Source of the DNA: Oikopleura dioica
Lineage: Eukaryota; Animalia; Chordata
Assembly: GCA_907165135.1 (NCBI GenBank)
Contig: OU015568.1
Coordinates: forward strand, 16,937,208 to 17,001,207
Direction of reading: 5' to 3'
Length of the DNA: 64,000 nucleotides
Under the pieces are notes generated by a model. The model worked only from the letters and a program-made list of their open reading frames with translations. It ran no database searches and was not told the DNA's origin. The translations under genes and the position numbers were made by a program. Shown in pieces: positions 1 through 11,443 of the stretch (position 1 is its first letter; each line of letters starts with the position of its first letter).

Positions 1-75
1 AGCAAAATCTCCTTTATCCCTCAAGAATTAAAAAATATCATTTTAGAAAGTTCGGTCATTGAATTGTCTTTGGAC

Positions 76-2401
76 TTAATTTTTTGGTGTTGAAGTTTGA
101 ACAGGCTCAACTTCAGATTTTGCTATTTTGGGTAAATGCGAGTCTGCCTCTTCTTTCGACGGTCGCTTGAGGGCTTCTTTGCGCTCAAATTCCTGCTTTT
201 CCCATTGTTTTTCTGCTCTAACGCCGGTAAAGTCATGAACTTCCAGCGTTTTCAGCCACTCCACCATGCTTTCTTCCTCTGAAATTCATTTTTAAGTATT
301 GATAGAAGAGTAGACATACATCTTTTTCCTACTTGAGAAGGCTCAAAATCAAGTCCGGCTAATTGTTTTCCATTCCAATTAAAAGTTCAATCTCACCTGT
401 GTCCATCTTGAAAATGACCGGGAGAATATTTTCCTTTGCAAAATTATCCATGTCACTTTGCTTATCGCTCCATTCTAGCGTCTTGCGGTTGTCCGTCCCG
501 TAATCCTTGTTGTACACATCGTAGTGCACTTGCCGCAGCACTAGTCCATTTCCCGGCGCCTTGGGGACGTCTTCAAAGGGTCTCTTGAACGCTCTCTCCC
601 AATGATCATCCTGGCTAAAAAATCTTGAAAGATTGAATTAGGGAATCGAATGTCTTTGATATTTATTAAAATGCCACGTTTTCGGCGGCCGCATAACCCA
701 ACATAAGCGCCGTGCGAGAACTCTTGCCCGGGGCACCATCGCAAAGCCATTCGTACATCCCTCTCTGCTGGTGCTAGAATTTCAACAAGGGACAACGACA
801 TAACCGCTTATCTCGGCTTTAAAATTTGATAAAACGGGAAATTTTCTCAAAATAAATTTCAAGAGGTTCTCTTCCTTGATTTCAAAAACGATTGTGGCAT
901 TTCCGGAATGCGGCGAATGCTGATAATGAACTTACCAGTGATCCCCGGCTCTGGCAATAACTAATCCAACCATTTTTCTAATCTGGTGGATCATAAAACT
1001 CTGTCCAACAACCCTCAGCTCCACATATTCCCAATCATTGCAGATAAAAGGCTCTCCTTGAATCCGGAAGTCGAGAATGTGTCTCTTTGCCGACTCATCT
1101 CCTTCGAAAAAAAAAGGTCAGCTCAGAAGTTAATCGATAAAATCAGACCTTGACGCTTTCCTGACGTGAAGTTGTGATAAGATTTCGTGCCGGTGTACTT
1201 TTCAAGTAGGCTTTTGACGCATTCAAGTTTCTCGTTTTTTATTCTAAATGAACTTGGTCGATCCCAGTCTTCTTTGCTCCCGAAGCAGATTGTTGGGCAG
1301 TAGTAGCTGTAGGTTCTGTGAGTACATCGCTTCTTTGCGCAAAAGCCTGTTTTTTAGTTGGAAAAATTGAAAATGGAGAAAAATGATGATTCTTCTGAAA
1401 ATTTGCAACTTTCCTTTGGTGACCAGTTCAAAGCCAGTGAGTCGAATATCGTCTGGCAGGTGTTTATTGACCAATTCGCACAGATTTTTCGGAATTTTAC
1501 ACTTCAACGAAGCAACATTCCCGATCGCCGAGACGCCCTAAATAGAGTTGAAATCTGAGATGGAGAAAGAAGTGGAATTTGTGTCTCTGTGATTTTCCCC
1601 TGGGCCGGGCTTTGGCGCTTCTTCTTTCTCAGTCACGGTGATTCTGGCGTAATCCGATTTACGAACGCGTCCAGTTAAAATAATACCGCGCATTATTTTG
1701 TTTAATTCAGCGGGAAATCAACCTTACTGCAGCTGGGCTTGACAGCCTGTGCAGAAAACCTGGGTAAGGGCCTGAGAGATCTAGAATCACTCCAGCCTAT
1801 TTGAAAGATCTGGCGAAGCCGCAAAGCAGCTTCGTTCTTAAAGCCGCTACTCAGCTTGTCATTTAAATCGTTTCAAACCCTGAGTCAGACTCTATTTCTT
1901 TAGCAAGTCTAAATGATTACCTTATCAGTTCTGCTGCAGGATTGATATGCACATTTCTTCCTATCTGTAATAACATTAGAGTAGACAACCTTTGCAGCGA
2001 CAAGGGCCTGGAAAACTCGTTTTTCAATCGTATCGACCTTGTCGTCTCCAGGGTTGTGTTGAAGGCCGTGGTAGTTTTTGCCACAGTATGATAGGAGAAT
2101 CGCGATTTTTTTCTGCAAAGAATGATGATCAGAGTCATTGAATCGCGAAAACTACCTTTGGTCCATCAATAAGAGTCTCCTTATCCTTCAAAGATCCGTT
2201 TCCTCCATCCGTCCACTGCCGCGACTTTTTCTGTTTTACCAAATTTTTGTAATCTTTTTTCGAGCAATTTCTTGGAATCGGAATTGGAACGCCGTTAATA
2301 TCCGTTTCTTCCTTTATTTCTTCCTCTATTTCTTTTTTAACTTCTTCGCTCTTCTCTTCCTTATCTCTATTTTCAGTTTTCTCATCGCTCACATCTGCCA
2401 T
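76..2401 (-). CDS. PUS1: tRNA pseudouridine synthase A / PUS1 (multi-exon)
   Basis: Exons read KKIAILLSYCGKNYHGLQHN...CSRTDK|GVSAIGNVASLK...VTK|GFCAKKRCTHRTYSYYCPT and C-terminal QVHYDVYNKDYG...EWLKTLEVHDF, matching TruA/PUS1 motifs including the RTD catalytic Asp. ATG at 2401 follows ttttgtaga. Confidence 0.92.
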
Positions 2402-2765
2402 TCTACAAAATTAGCGGGTCAGCGTCTCGCTGAATAAATTCTAACTTTATTATGCGGCAGTAAAAAATTTTGCGCCAAAAGGAACTTGCAAGCGCTCTTT
2501 TCTTCTCTTCAAGAATCGCTCAGATATCGCCACAGACCTTTGAAAAGGATCCTTTGTTTACTCCGATTGGATTTACGATTTGGGGATTTATCGGTCCGGG
2601 AGTTGTTGTCGGTAAAATTTTTACTGTCACGATGGTGAAATTAAATACGGCAACTTCTCAGGAAAGAAAACGTCCAAAACCAAAACAACATATTGCCAGC
2701 TGAGCGGGATCTTTTTGTTTTGATGCTTTTCGCGCATTCTTGAAATTTGAAAATTCTGCCTTAAG

Positions 2766-3421
2766 GACCCCCCCATCAAGAATCGCGAAAATAGGGCATC
2801 TTAGTGAAAGTTTTTCTCCAAAACTATCTTAGCTAGACCCTTAATTTTTATTGGATCCTTTAGATCGAACCCTCTACTGCAACCGTTCCCCTTAAGATGA
2901 TCTCTCGACGCCAAATTTAAGGGTATACAGGCCGTTAAAGGTAAAGTTGCTTAGTGAACGTTTTTTTCGGGGTTTTCGTTGGGGTATGCCCTTAATTTTT
3001 TTTTCATGGTAAAGTTAAGGCCCTAAGCTACGACCGTTTGCTTTTTGAGAGTTTTTTGTCTACAAACTTAAGGAGGACAGCCCCTTTAAAATTTTATAAG
3101 TCGAATCTTAGTCGAATTTCAAGATTTACATTTTCAGTAATCATTGCCTAAATTGCCCTGAATTACGTTTTTATACTCGTGTTTATGATAGAAATAGTTT
3201 TTATGGTTGGTAAACCCTTAATTACCATTAAAAAATAGCGAACTAAAGATTTTTATGAAATGTAAAAAGTTAATTTTCAATTTTTGAAGTCAATTTCTGC
3301 CAAAATTTTCTATAAGATCAAAAAAATTTTCTGAATAAAAGTTGTTCCTCGTGGTCAAAACTACCCAAAAAAGCAAAAAAATTTTGAAAATTTTGACTTT
3401 TTTCATCTTGATGGGGGGGTC
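2766..3421. mobile_element. Putative MITE-like insertion with 15-16 bp terminal inverted repeats
   Basis: GACCCCCCCATCAAG (2766-2780) is the exact reverse complement of CTTGATGGGGGGGTC (3407-3421). The interior is AT-rich and non-coding. No convincing TSD. Confidence 0.5.
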
Positions 3422-3999
3422 ACAAGTGTGATTCATTTTCTGCTTTTTCATGAAACAACAAGTGAAATATCTTTTTAGTTAAATCGATATTTTCAGTAAA
3501 AACTTTTTGAAATCATGTTTTTATTAACAAAAACTTTTTTGCATCGGAAAAAATACACTAGAATAAAAAATAATATTGAATGAGCTGTTTTTTTGTACGA
3601 AGACATTGATTGTGTTGCAATTTTTTTCATGTAAACGGATAAAAGATGTTGATAAAAAAACAATTGAACTGTTGGGGATAAGTCTAATAAAGTGACAATA
3701 ATTAAAGTAATTACTTGTTATATTTGTTATTTAGCAATTTTTTTTTTTGGAAAATAAAAAAATGCGAAATTCTGTTTTTTTATATTTGATAAATATAATT
3801 AAATTTAATTTAATTGATACATTGATGAAGGCTGAGGTACATGATAAGAATTTTAGTCTTTTTTCTTTTTTGGATGAATGAATAAGAAAAAAAGAAGAGT
3901 TTACTAGCGAAGATGAGATTTGTGTGATCAGTGGTTGATAGCCTCTTGAATTTGGACGAGGGAATGAACTTGAATGAAGCTAGACGGAAGCAGCTGTTT

Positions 4000-5392
4000 T
4001 TAGGTCTCTGAAGCAGGAATTTGCGGATTTGCGGTGGCTTCTTCTGGCTCGCTATTATCTGAAAAACAGGGCTCAAATCAACTCGTCCCATTTCAAATGT
4101 AATTAGTACCTGGGGAAACATCATCGTCAGCGCAAATTGGACTCGCGGATCTATCAATCTTCCCTTCCTCCGTTTTGATGACTTCGAGCAGTTGATCGAT
4201 TTCAGCCTGGAAAGCTTCATTCGAGAGGTCTTCGTTGATTTCCTCTTTATCCTCTTCTGTTCCCTCGATTTCTTCGTTTTCAATCGGATCAAAGCCGTTT
4301 TCGACGATCGTGCTTGCATTGGACGACAAACTTATCGTGTCTTCGTCTTTTTGAACCGACTGAAAATGATGATTATCAGTTGAAAATAAAATGAGTCTAC
4401 CTCAATCTCTAAAAACGATTCTTCATTTTCCGACCGCTTATTCTCCTCTGCTAGCTCTTTTTGTCGAGAATCAATGGCATTTTTGACCATTGCTTCGATG
4501 AAATCATGGAACGGGGGTCCGTCGACGACAGGATCGGATTCGTCACTGCATTTCTCAGAGCCATCGTTCGAAAGGACGGTGTCATTGGAAGCTGTGCTGC
4601 TAGTTTCTGCCGATTCATCGTCAGATTCATCAGAAACAGCGATTTTGGTGGGCAAAGGGTCGGTTTTTTCAACAGGACTCAGCATATCAAGCTTATGCGA
4701 TCCATTTCGCTGAGAAAGAGCTAACAAGGAGCTAAAATTTTATTGAAAAAAAAGTTGAAAGAGGTAGTTTTACCGAAGACCCTGATTTTCATCTCTAAGT
4801 TGCTTCAACTTCGTTTTAGCTTGAAGATACGAGTCGTTGTCTGTGGGATACTTGCTCGCCGCCATCGTCATAATTGTGATCATGTCTCCAACTCTATCCG
4901 CCAGCTTTTGGTTTTCCTTCTAGGAAAAATGATGAGCAAATTAGTCGGTTCAAAGGGAAGTTGACTTACTCTTAGTTCATAAGTTTTATTCGCAGGAGCG
5001 AGGTGGGATCGCTCCCGCTCCAGTTTAGCTGCGTGAGTCGAGACTTTGCGGAATTTATCCATGACCATTTCTAGCACTGTTTGATGCTCAGCGAGCGCAT
5101 GCCGTAGTTCCTTGTTTTCTGCCATGATCTGAAATCATGGAGGAATCTCCAAAAGAAAAAAAAATAAATGAGACTTACCCGTTTGTTTTTCCGCATTTCC
5201 CGTTTTCCCTGATTGATTATTCTCGGCCTCGCTGGTCCGTTTAAGTTTTCATTCAGCTCGTCGATCTGTTGTACAGTCAGTTTCAAGGGGGAAAGATGGG
5301 AAGTACTGTACCTCATTTTGCGCGGTCATATCGTCGTGAAGACCTTCCGCCATGCTCAAAAGTCTGTCCGCAAAAGAGTCTATTCTCGACAT
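4000..5392 (-). CDS. FGFR1OP2: FGFR1OP2/SIKE-family coiled-coil protein with acidic C-terminal extension; 5' end uncertain
   Basis: ENKELRHALAEHQTVLEMVMDKFRK and KLADRVGDMITIMTMAA...KQLRDENQGLR match the SIKE/FGFR1OP2 pattern. Spliced stop at 4000-4002. Possible further exons near 5480-5850. Confidence 0.75.
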
Positions 5393-6170
5393 TCGTTCTT
5401 CGAGGCAGATATCTCCTCGCAAGTCACGTGACTAATTTGAAGGATTAAAATAAGGTAAAGAGTGAGACTCAAGTAATTACTCTTGATATTTGAATGTTAG
5501 TTGCGTGATTAGTAGAATTGCTCGACTCATGCGATTTTGATTTAGCCGAGATCGAGATTGGCGGTGCTGAGATTATTCGCTTGACTTCAATCTGGTGGAA
5601 AGTGGGATCATCTGCCCCGCGAAAGTGGCCGAAATCAGCTGTTCCTTCCTTTCGAGGATTTGGCAATTTCCGCGACTAAGTTTTGGCAATCAATGATTTT
5701 ATAAATACCATAAGCAAATTGTAATAAGCAAATTGGTGGACTACAAAACGAACTACTGAATGGAACTTACAACCGGTTGTTCCGATGCCTCAGGCAGAAC
5801 CTTGAAACTAGATGTCGTCGACACTGTCACTCGTCGACTCATCTCATCAATCACAAATTCTTAAGAAATAGTGTTAGAACCTTCGGTGCTCATATTTTTT
5901 ATGAATTACACTGAGAGAAGGCTGTGCACCTGCGTGGCCACCGATATTTTTCAATAGTTCAGTTTTCAGGGGAGAGAGAAAAAGGCAGTAAAGAGGAGGA
6001 TGGAAGTTTTTCTGGAAAGTGCTGGCAATACATGTTTTTTCGTTTTTTTTTTTCTCGTCTAAGGGAACGCGCTGCGATTGAGCTTGATTGTTGTCCGGTT
6101 GTTTTTGCCTAATTTCTAAAAATGGGGTTGAAGAAGGGATGAAAAATTATGAAAGAAGGACTTCTGCTAG

Positions 6171-6904
6171 GATGATTTTCGAAAAATGTTTTCAGGCCAG
6201 AAAATCACTTTTTAACTGTTAGTGCCATCTTCACCGCCGTCTCAAACCGAGTCGAACGGTATATGTATCGCTTGAAAATTCTAGAGTTTCGGGTACTTCC
6301 GGTCAGATTTACGAAATTCTAGTATTCCACTGCCGTTTTTGATACAGAAATGGTACTATGGCATATAGCATGTCAAAATGACCGCTAGAACGTGAGGAGT
6401 GCAGGGGTCTCAAAAAATAAGTACTTTTGCAAAGAAAAGTACCTAAAAAAAATTATTTTGTGATATTTTAGCACTAAAAATATCAAATTTGACGGAATTT
6501 TCGATTTAAATGTAGTTTTCTTTGTAGATTTATTTATAAGAGATAAAACTTGATTATACATCTGCTTTCTGCCCGAAAAAATTAATAATTGATATTTTTA
6601 GTGCTAAAAAATCACAAAATAATTATTTTTAGGTACTTTTCTTTGCAAAAGTACTTATTTTTTGAGACCCCTGCACTCCTCACGTTCTAGCGGTCATTTT
6701 GACATGCTATATGCCATAGTACCATTTCTGTATCAAAAACGGCAGTGGAATACTAGAATTTCGTAAATCTGACCGGAAGTACCCGAAACTCTAGAATTTT
6801 CAAGCGATACATATACCGTTCGACTCGGTTTGAGACGGCGGTGAAGATGGCACTAACAGTTAAAAAGTGATTTTTTGCTCTGAAAACATTTTTCGAAAAT
6901 CATC
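6171..6904. mobile_element. Foldback MITE, ~315-bp near-perfect TIRs, 3-bp TSD (TAG)
   Basis: 6171-~6485 is the reverse complement of ~6590-6904 with few mismatches. TAG flanks both sides (6168-6170 and 6905-6907). Confidence 0.9.
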
Positions 6905-6967
6905 TAGGGTGGAAAAATTCTCGAAGGGGTGCTGACTTGGCTCCCCAACCTGCGAAGAAAACCTGAG

Positions 6968-7938
6968 TCAGGGTCTAAAAGAAAGTTGATTGAAAAGGTA
7001 ATTTTGCGAGACCGCTTTGAGATCTTCCAGAACCTGACTCGGGCTTTCTTCGCCGGTTGCCGAGCCCAGACTTTTCGAACCATTATTTTTTGCCACCCTA
7101 GATATGAAAGAAAGCATATTACATTTTATATAGAATTTTTGAGATTTGAACCTTGAGCGACTTTCGAAGATCAGCATTATTGGCCTCCGTCTCTTTTAAC
7201 CGCTCCTTGTAAGTGTAAGTTTCGCCGATTTGCGAGGCATTTTCCTTCTCGAGTTCCTGCAAGAGCTAAGTTAGAAAAACAAAGATTGCAAAAAACAAAC
7301 CAAGATTTTATTCTTTAGCGCGATTTCGTCTTCTTTTATCTTTTTCTCGAGTGATTGTTTCTCTTCTTTTGAAGATGCTTCCAGCGTTTTGAGTTTCTTT
7401 TCTGCCTCCTCGAACTTGCTTTTCAACTCTTCCGCTTCTTTGCTTTTCTCGCTGAGCGCAGTTTCCAGGTCTTCGACGTTTTTCATTAATCTGGCGACGG
7501 TTTCTTTTTGCTTTTTCAAGTTTTCCTGCTCTTGCTCGGTCTTCCAGGTGTCGCGGAGAACCATCAAATCGTCGATATTGTCTGCAGGGAGCTTTTTCTC
7601 GAAACGAACATACTTTGATATCTGAAACCAAAATTAATTATTCACAAACCGGCAAAAATGCATTTCCAAAACCCGCTATACGGCAGATTTTAACGCTCTT
7701 TTAGCACCCTGGGTCAGGTTTTCACACAGGTTTCGACCCGAATGAAACTTACCCAAAGTAAGAGATTCGCGTCGAGCATGGAGATTTTGGCGAAATTGTC
7801 GTTTTGCTTCAAATCGTCTCGCATCCGATCCAAATTGCTGAAAGCGAGAAGATTTTTCATCGCTCCCAGTTGATCGCAAACTTCTACGACGCTTTCCGAG
7901 AGGACTTTTGTCAGATACTCTTTTAGCGCTTCATCCAT
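6968..7938 (-). CDS. Uncharacterised coiled-coil protein (multi-exon; 3' end uncertain)
   Basis: Exons MDEALKEYLTKVLSESVVEVCDQL..., KQKETVARLMKNVEDLETALSEKSKEAEELKSKFEEAEKKLK..., ELEKENASQIGETYTYKERLKETEANNADLRKSLK, with GT-AG junctions and heptad character. Family not recognised. Confidence 0.55.
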
Positions 7939-8021
7939 TTTTTCTGAAATTGACATTTTTAGAGGATAAGAAAAATATATTTTAATGGTAAGAAAAGAAA
8001 AGATATCGGAATGTTGAGTTT

Positions 8022-8715
8022 TTAGAAATCGACGTGCTCGAGCATGGTCTTTTTAGATCTGAGGACGTCGTGGAGCCACTTTTCTCGGAACACATGACGG
8101 CCAGGCTGGAAGACGAGACGATTGCCCTCAACTTGATAGACGACTTCAACAGGATAGCTTGAAGGAGTTCGTTAGTGAAAGAAGGGAGGAGAAATTATGC
8201 TACAAAAATGCGACAATGTTTTCGTGAGTGGGCATATTAACTTCTGATCTGCTGGAAATAGAGAAATAGGATGAACGGACAATTTTTGAGCGACAAAACG
8301 GACCGCCCCTACAAATTTAGTCGCGAAATCTTTTCAAGAGTCTTTTGAGTCTTACTTGTCTGGTTCTGTTTTTGAAACTCTGATGAAAAAGTAAACGGAT
8401 GCAGATGCTCGTGGAATCGGATTCATTTTCGTTGGAATGGAAAATCGAACTCGGTAAGTGTGCAGTGTTGAAAACTCTTCGTCGGTTTCTCCCAGATAAT
8501 CTCAAAAATAAAGTCAAATTTGAGTGGATATGCGTTGATTTACCAGTGCAGCGGAGCCATTGCTCGCTAATCTCCCATTGCTTCACGAAGTTGTCGATAT
8601 TATTAATTGCAGTGACAGTACTGTACTCTCCCTTGCTTCCCCAGTTGCCCGAGGGGCCAGTCGGGCAAGTGCCTTCGATCGAAACATCGGGCAGCAAATC
8701 GAAAGTTGCTTCCAT
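8022..8715 (-). CDS. AKAP14: A-kinase anchor protein 14 (AKAP28 domain)
   Basis: Exons NIDNFVKQWEISEQWLRC, HTYRVRFSIPTKMNPIPRASASVYFFIRVSK and YPVEVVYQVEGNRLVFQPGRHVFREKWLHDVLRSKKTMLEHVDF* match the AKAP14 family. ATG follows ttttcaga. Confidence 0.85.
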
Positions 8716-8766
8716 TCTGAAAAGAGCTCTTTTTGTCGCGTTTTTTGAAGAATCGTGGAAGAACTT

Positions 8767-10339
8767 TTAATTTTCAGAATTCCCGTAAACGATACTCTTC
8801 ATATCTCGATACCAGTCAATTAAAATCCAGTGTTCAGATCTTCTCTCAAACATTTCGGGCTCATAAGTGTCCAGGAAGTTTAAAAGTCCAAAGATCTCTA
8901 CATCTGCGAAATTGGGCTTTTCTCCGCCGAAATAAACATTTTTCGATTTGATTTTTGCTTGATTCAAGGGATGAGAAATTCAGCTTCACGCTTCAATTAT
9001 TTGAAGAAAAAGCTTAGCAGAGCACGAAGAGAAAAGCACCCCGGGCCTAGATCGGCGATTTTCGAAGCGATTTCGTTCCAGATGCCTTCAGATTCGAAGC
9101 CCATCAGCGTTCCGTGGTCGGCCCCTTTTTCGCCGCTTTCGATTACCTTCCTGCGTCCGGATAAATAGTCTTTGTAGTTGCTTTTGCGGGCGTGGGCATA
9201 ACTTGCTAGAGTGAGATGTTTTGAGTAAAGCGGGACTTCGACGTTTTCGTAAAATTTTGAAGTGTTGCGGAAACTAAAAATCGATGATAAAGCATATGGT
9301 GACTTTGCAGTTAGGAATTTATTTTCAACAAAAATTCTTGACCCATATTATCAGTGTGACATTTATTTGCTCGTATTTGCACATGTAATTCATTTCCAGG
9401 ATGAGATTTTTTAACCTTGATCGACGGATTTTCTCTACGGCTTATTGATTCATTTTATAAATTGAAACGGAGAATTTCAAAGAAGACTTTCATGTGCGCC
9501 TATATTTGCTAGAAACTCTATTTATTCTCAAAAATAGAGCGTCACCATAAAATCTGCAGCTTCCATCTGGACAAAACAAGACAGCTGCATACTTCGCCTT
9601 TTTCATGCAATCTACCTTATGCATCTTTGGAAAATTGTAGGGACATGAAATTTACCTTTGAGAATAATCAAGATGCATTGTATGCAACAGCAGAGGCTTT
9701 AGTTCTTCATCAGCCAAAGTCCTCGCTTTGTTAGCCCTCTTCGTAATTTTATGAAATCGAAGAGTCTCTTTATCCATATCAACGTCCAATTTATCCTGAA
9801 CGGGATGAAGCGTCCAGCATCTGTTCATAACTTTTTCTTGGGTGAATAAAAACTTGTTGAGCGCACTTTCCATGGTTTGCCAAGCCACTTTTACTTTTGG
9901 AAATCGTTTCTTCAGTTCTTCTAGTGAATAAAATTCGTTGTTTCGCGCGAAGTTTTCTTGGGACTCTAGAATCGATATGGCGAGGCTGGAGCCAGAGATG
10001 TAGACCCCGTCTTCTTCCAAAACTGGGATGTCAAAGGGTGTTTTAGCATCTTAAATTCCGATAAAACTGGCTTTGAAATCAACAAAGAGAACTTACCGCA
10101 GTCAGTATCGGCAAAAATGCTCTCAATTTTGAGCGGATTGACTTCCACTCTCTCAAATGGAATATTCTTCCACCTCAGAAACGTTTCCAACGAATGGGTG
10201 TCAGGAATTCCAATGAAGCCATAAACCTTTGTTGCGCTCGTTTCTTCCTTCGCGCTGACCATGTTTTTGAAGTTTGATAAATTCCGATTCCGATGCCGGC
10301 GGATGCGAAAAGTGATCGGCATCCCATGAATCGACTCAT
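8767..10339 (-). CDS. PTGES2: Divergent prostaglandin E synthase 2-like GST-fold protein (CPFC motif absent; apparent N-terminal frame discontinuity)
   Basis: FLRWKNIPFERVEVNPL...VPVLEEDG...SSLAISIL and YFGGEKPNFADVEIFGLL...LIDWYRDM match PTGES2 N- and C-terminal segments. The CPFC position reads IPDT. Confidence 0.68.
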
Positions 10340-10453
10340 TCTTAAATCGCGTTCGCTTATGACTTTGGATTATATACAGTTTATATTCACCGGAAGTATT
10401 GCACAATAACAGAATGTAAAGAAACAGTAGATTTAGTAGGCTAAGTCGGCTTT

Positions 10454-11144
10454 TCATCGTTTATCTCTTCGCGGAGGGCGAAAGGGATTCAGCTTGACGC
10501 ACTTTGCCATCCACTCGATTCCTTCTGTGACGCCTGCTCCTGTCAGACCTGAGCAGGGGCGAATCATGCAATCTCGCGAGCCGATTCTGTTTGAGCAGTC
10601 GTGGAAGGCGTGTTTGATCTCAAGAATAGGCAGGCAACCGGAGATATCTTGCTTGTTTCCGAGAATCAGAAGTGGGGCGCTGTCCAGCGTAGAAAAGCTA
10701 TGTAACAGTCATATAAATCACCATTTACAATCAAAAAGGTGTACCTAAGAACATGGTCGAAAGCCCTTTTTGATTCCAAAAGTCGATCTGGATCAGCGGA
10801 GTCAACGATGAAAATGACCCCGTGACAGTCGCTGAAATACTTGTCCCAAAGACTTTGGAGCTCTTCCTGTCCTCCGAGATCCCAGAACATCAGTTTCACT
10901 CCTTGCGTTGTGATTTTTCCGATATTTAGGCCGACCGTCGTGGTTATTTTATTCAACGGCATTCCTCGGTACTCTATGTCTGATGTCATGGAAAGAAATA
11001 AAGGAGTAATTTACCTTTACTGAACTTCGTCTTCGTTTGCTCAAGAAACGTCGTTTTTCCCGCATCGTCAAGTCCCAAAATCAAGATGCAATATTCATCT
11101 TTTTGAAAATAATGCCGATACGCTCCTGACAAAAGAGTATACAT
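10454..11144 (-). CDS. ARFRP1: ADP-ribosylation factor-related protein 1
   Basis: MYTLLSGAYRHYFQKDEYCILILGLDDAGKTTFLEQTK, KITTTVGLNIG, MFWDLGGQEELQSLWDKYF, CSGLTGAGVTEGIEWMAKCV closely match ARFRP1. Confidence 0.96.
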
Positions 11145-11443
11145 TTCTAAAGATCAAAAATTAACCGCTGTTTTATGAATATTAGAAGAAATAATACGAT
11201 CGATTTTTTCAGAAATGCTCAAACAGAATAACTTAAAATTTCAAGAAGGCTTAGAATTGGGATTCAAGACAAAGTTGAAGAATAAAAAAATGAACTGGAC
11301 ACAGAGTCGTCTTTTTTCGCTGAGAAAGCTTTTTTTGTGTAATGCAACTCAACAGCTCATTGCTGTTTTTAAATTAAGAAAATGAGTTAGATTAAATAGT
11401 TTTTTTTTCAAATTATTTATATAAAAAAGAAGAAACGAGGGTC

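Noticed and set aside
1540-1918. snoRNA or nested gene in the long PUS1 intron
   Set aside because: No convincing C/D or H/ACA box arrangement or spliceable ORF was found by eye.
10454-10457. ATGA overlap between the ARFRP1 stop and ORF 9966-10457 suggesting translational coupling
   Set aside because: The first ~40 codons of that ORF are AT-rich UTR-like sequence; a better start with an acceptor and PTGES2-like leader lies at 10339.
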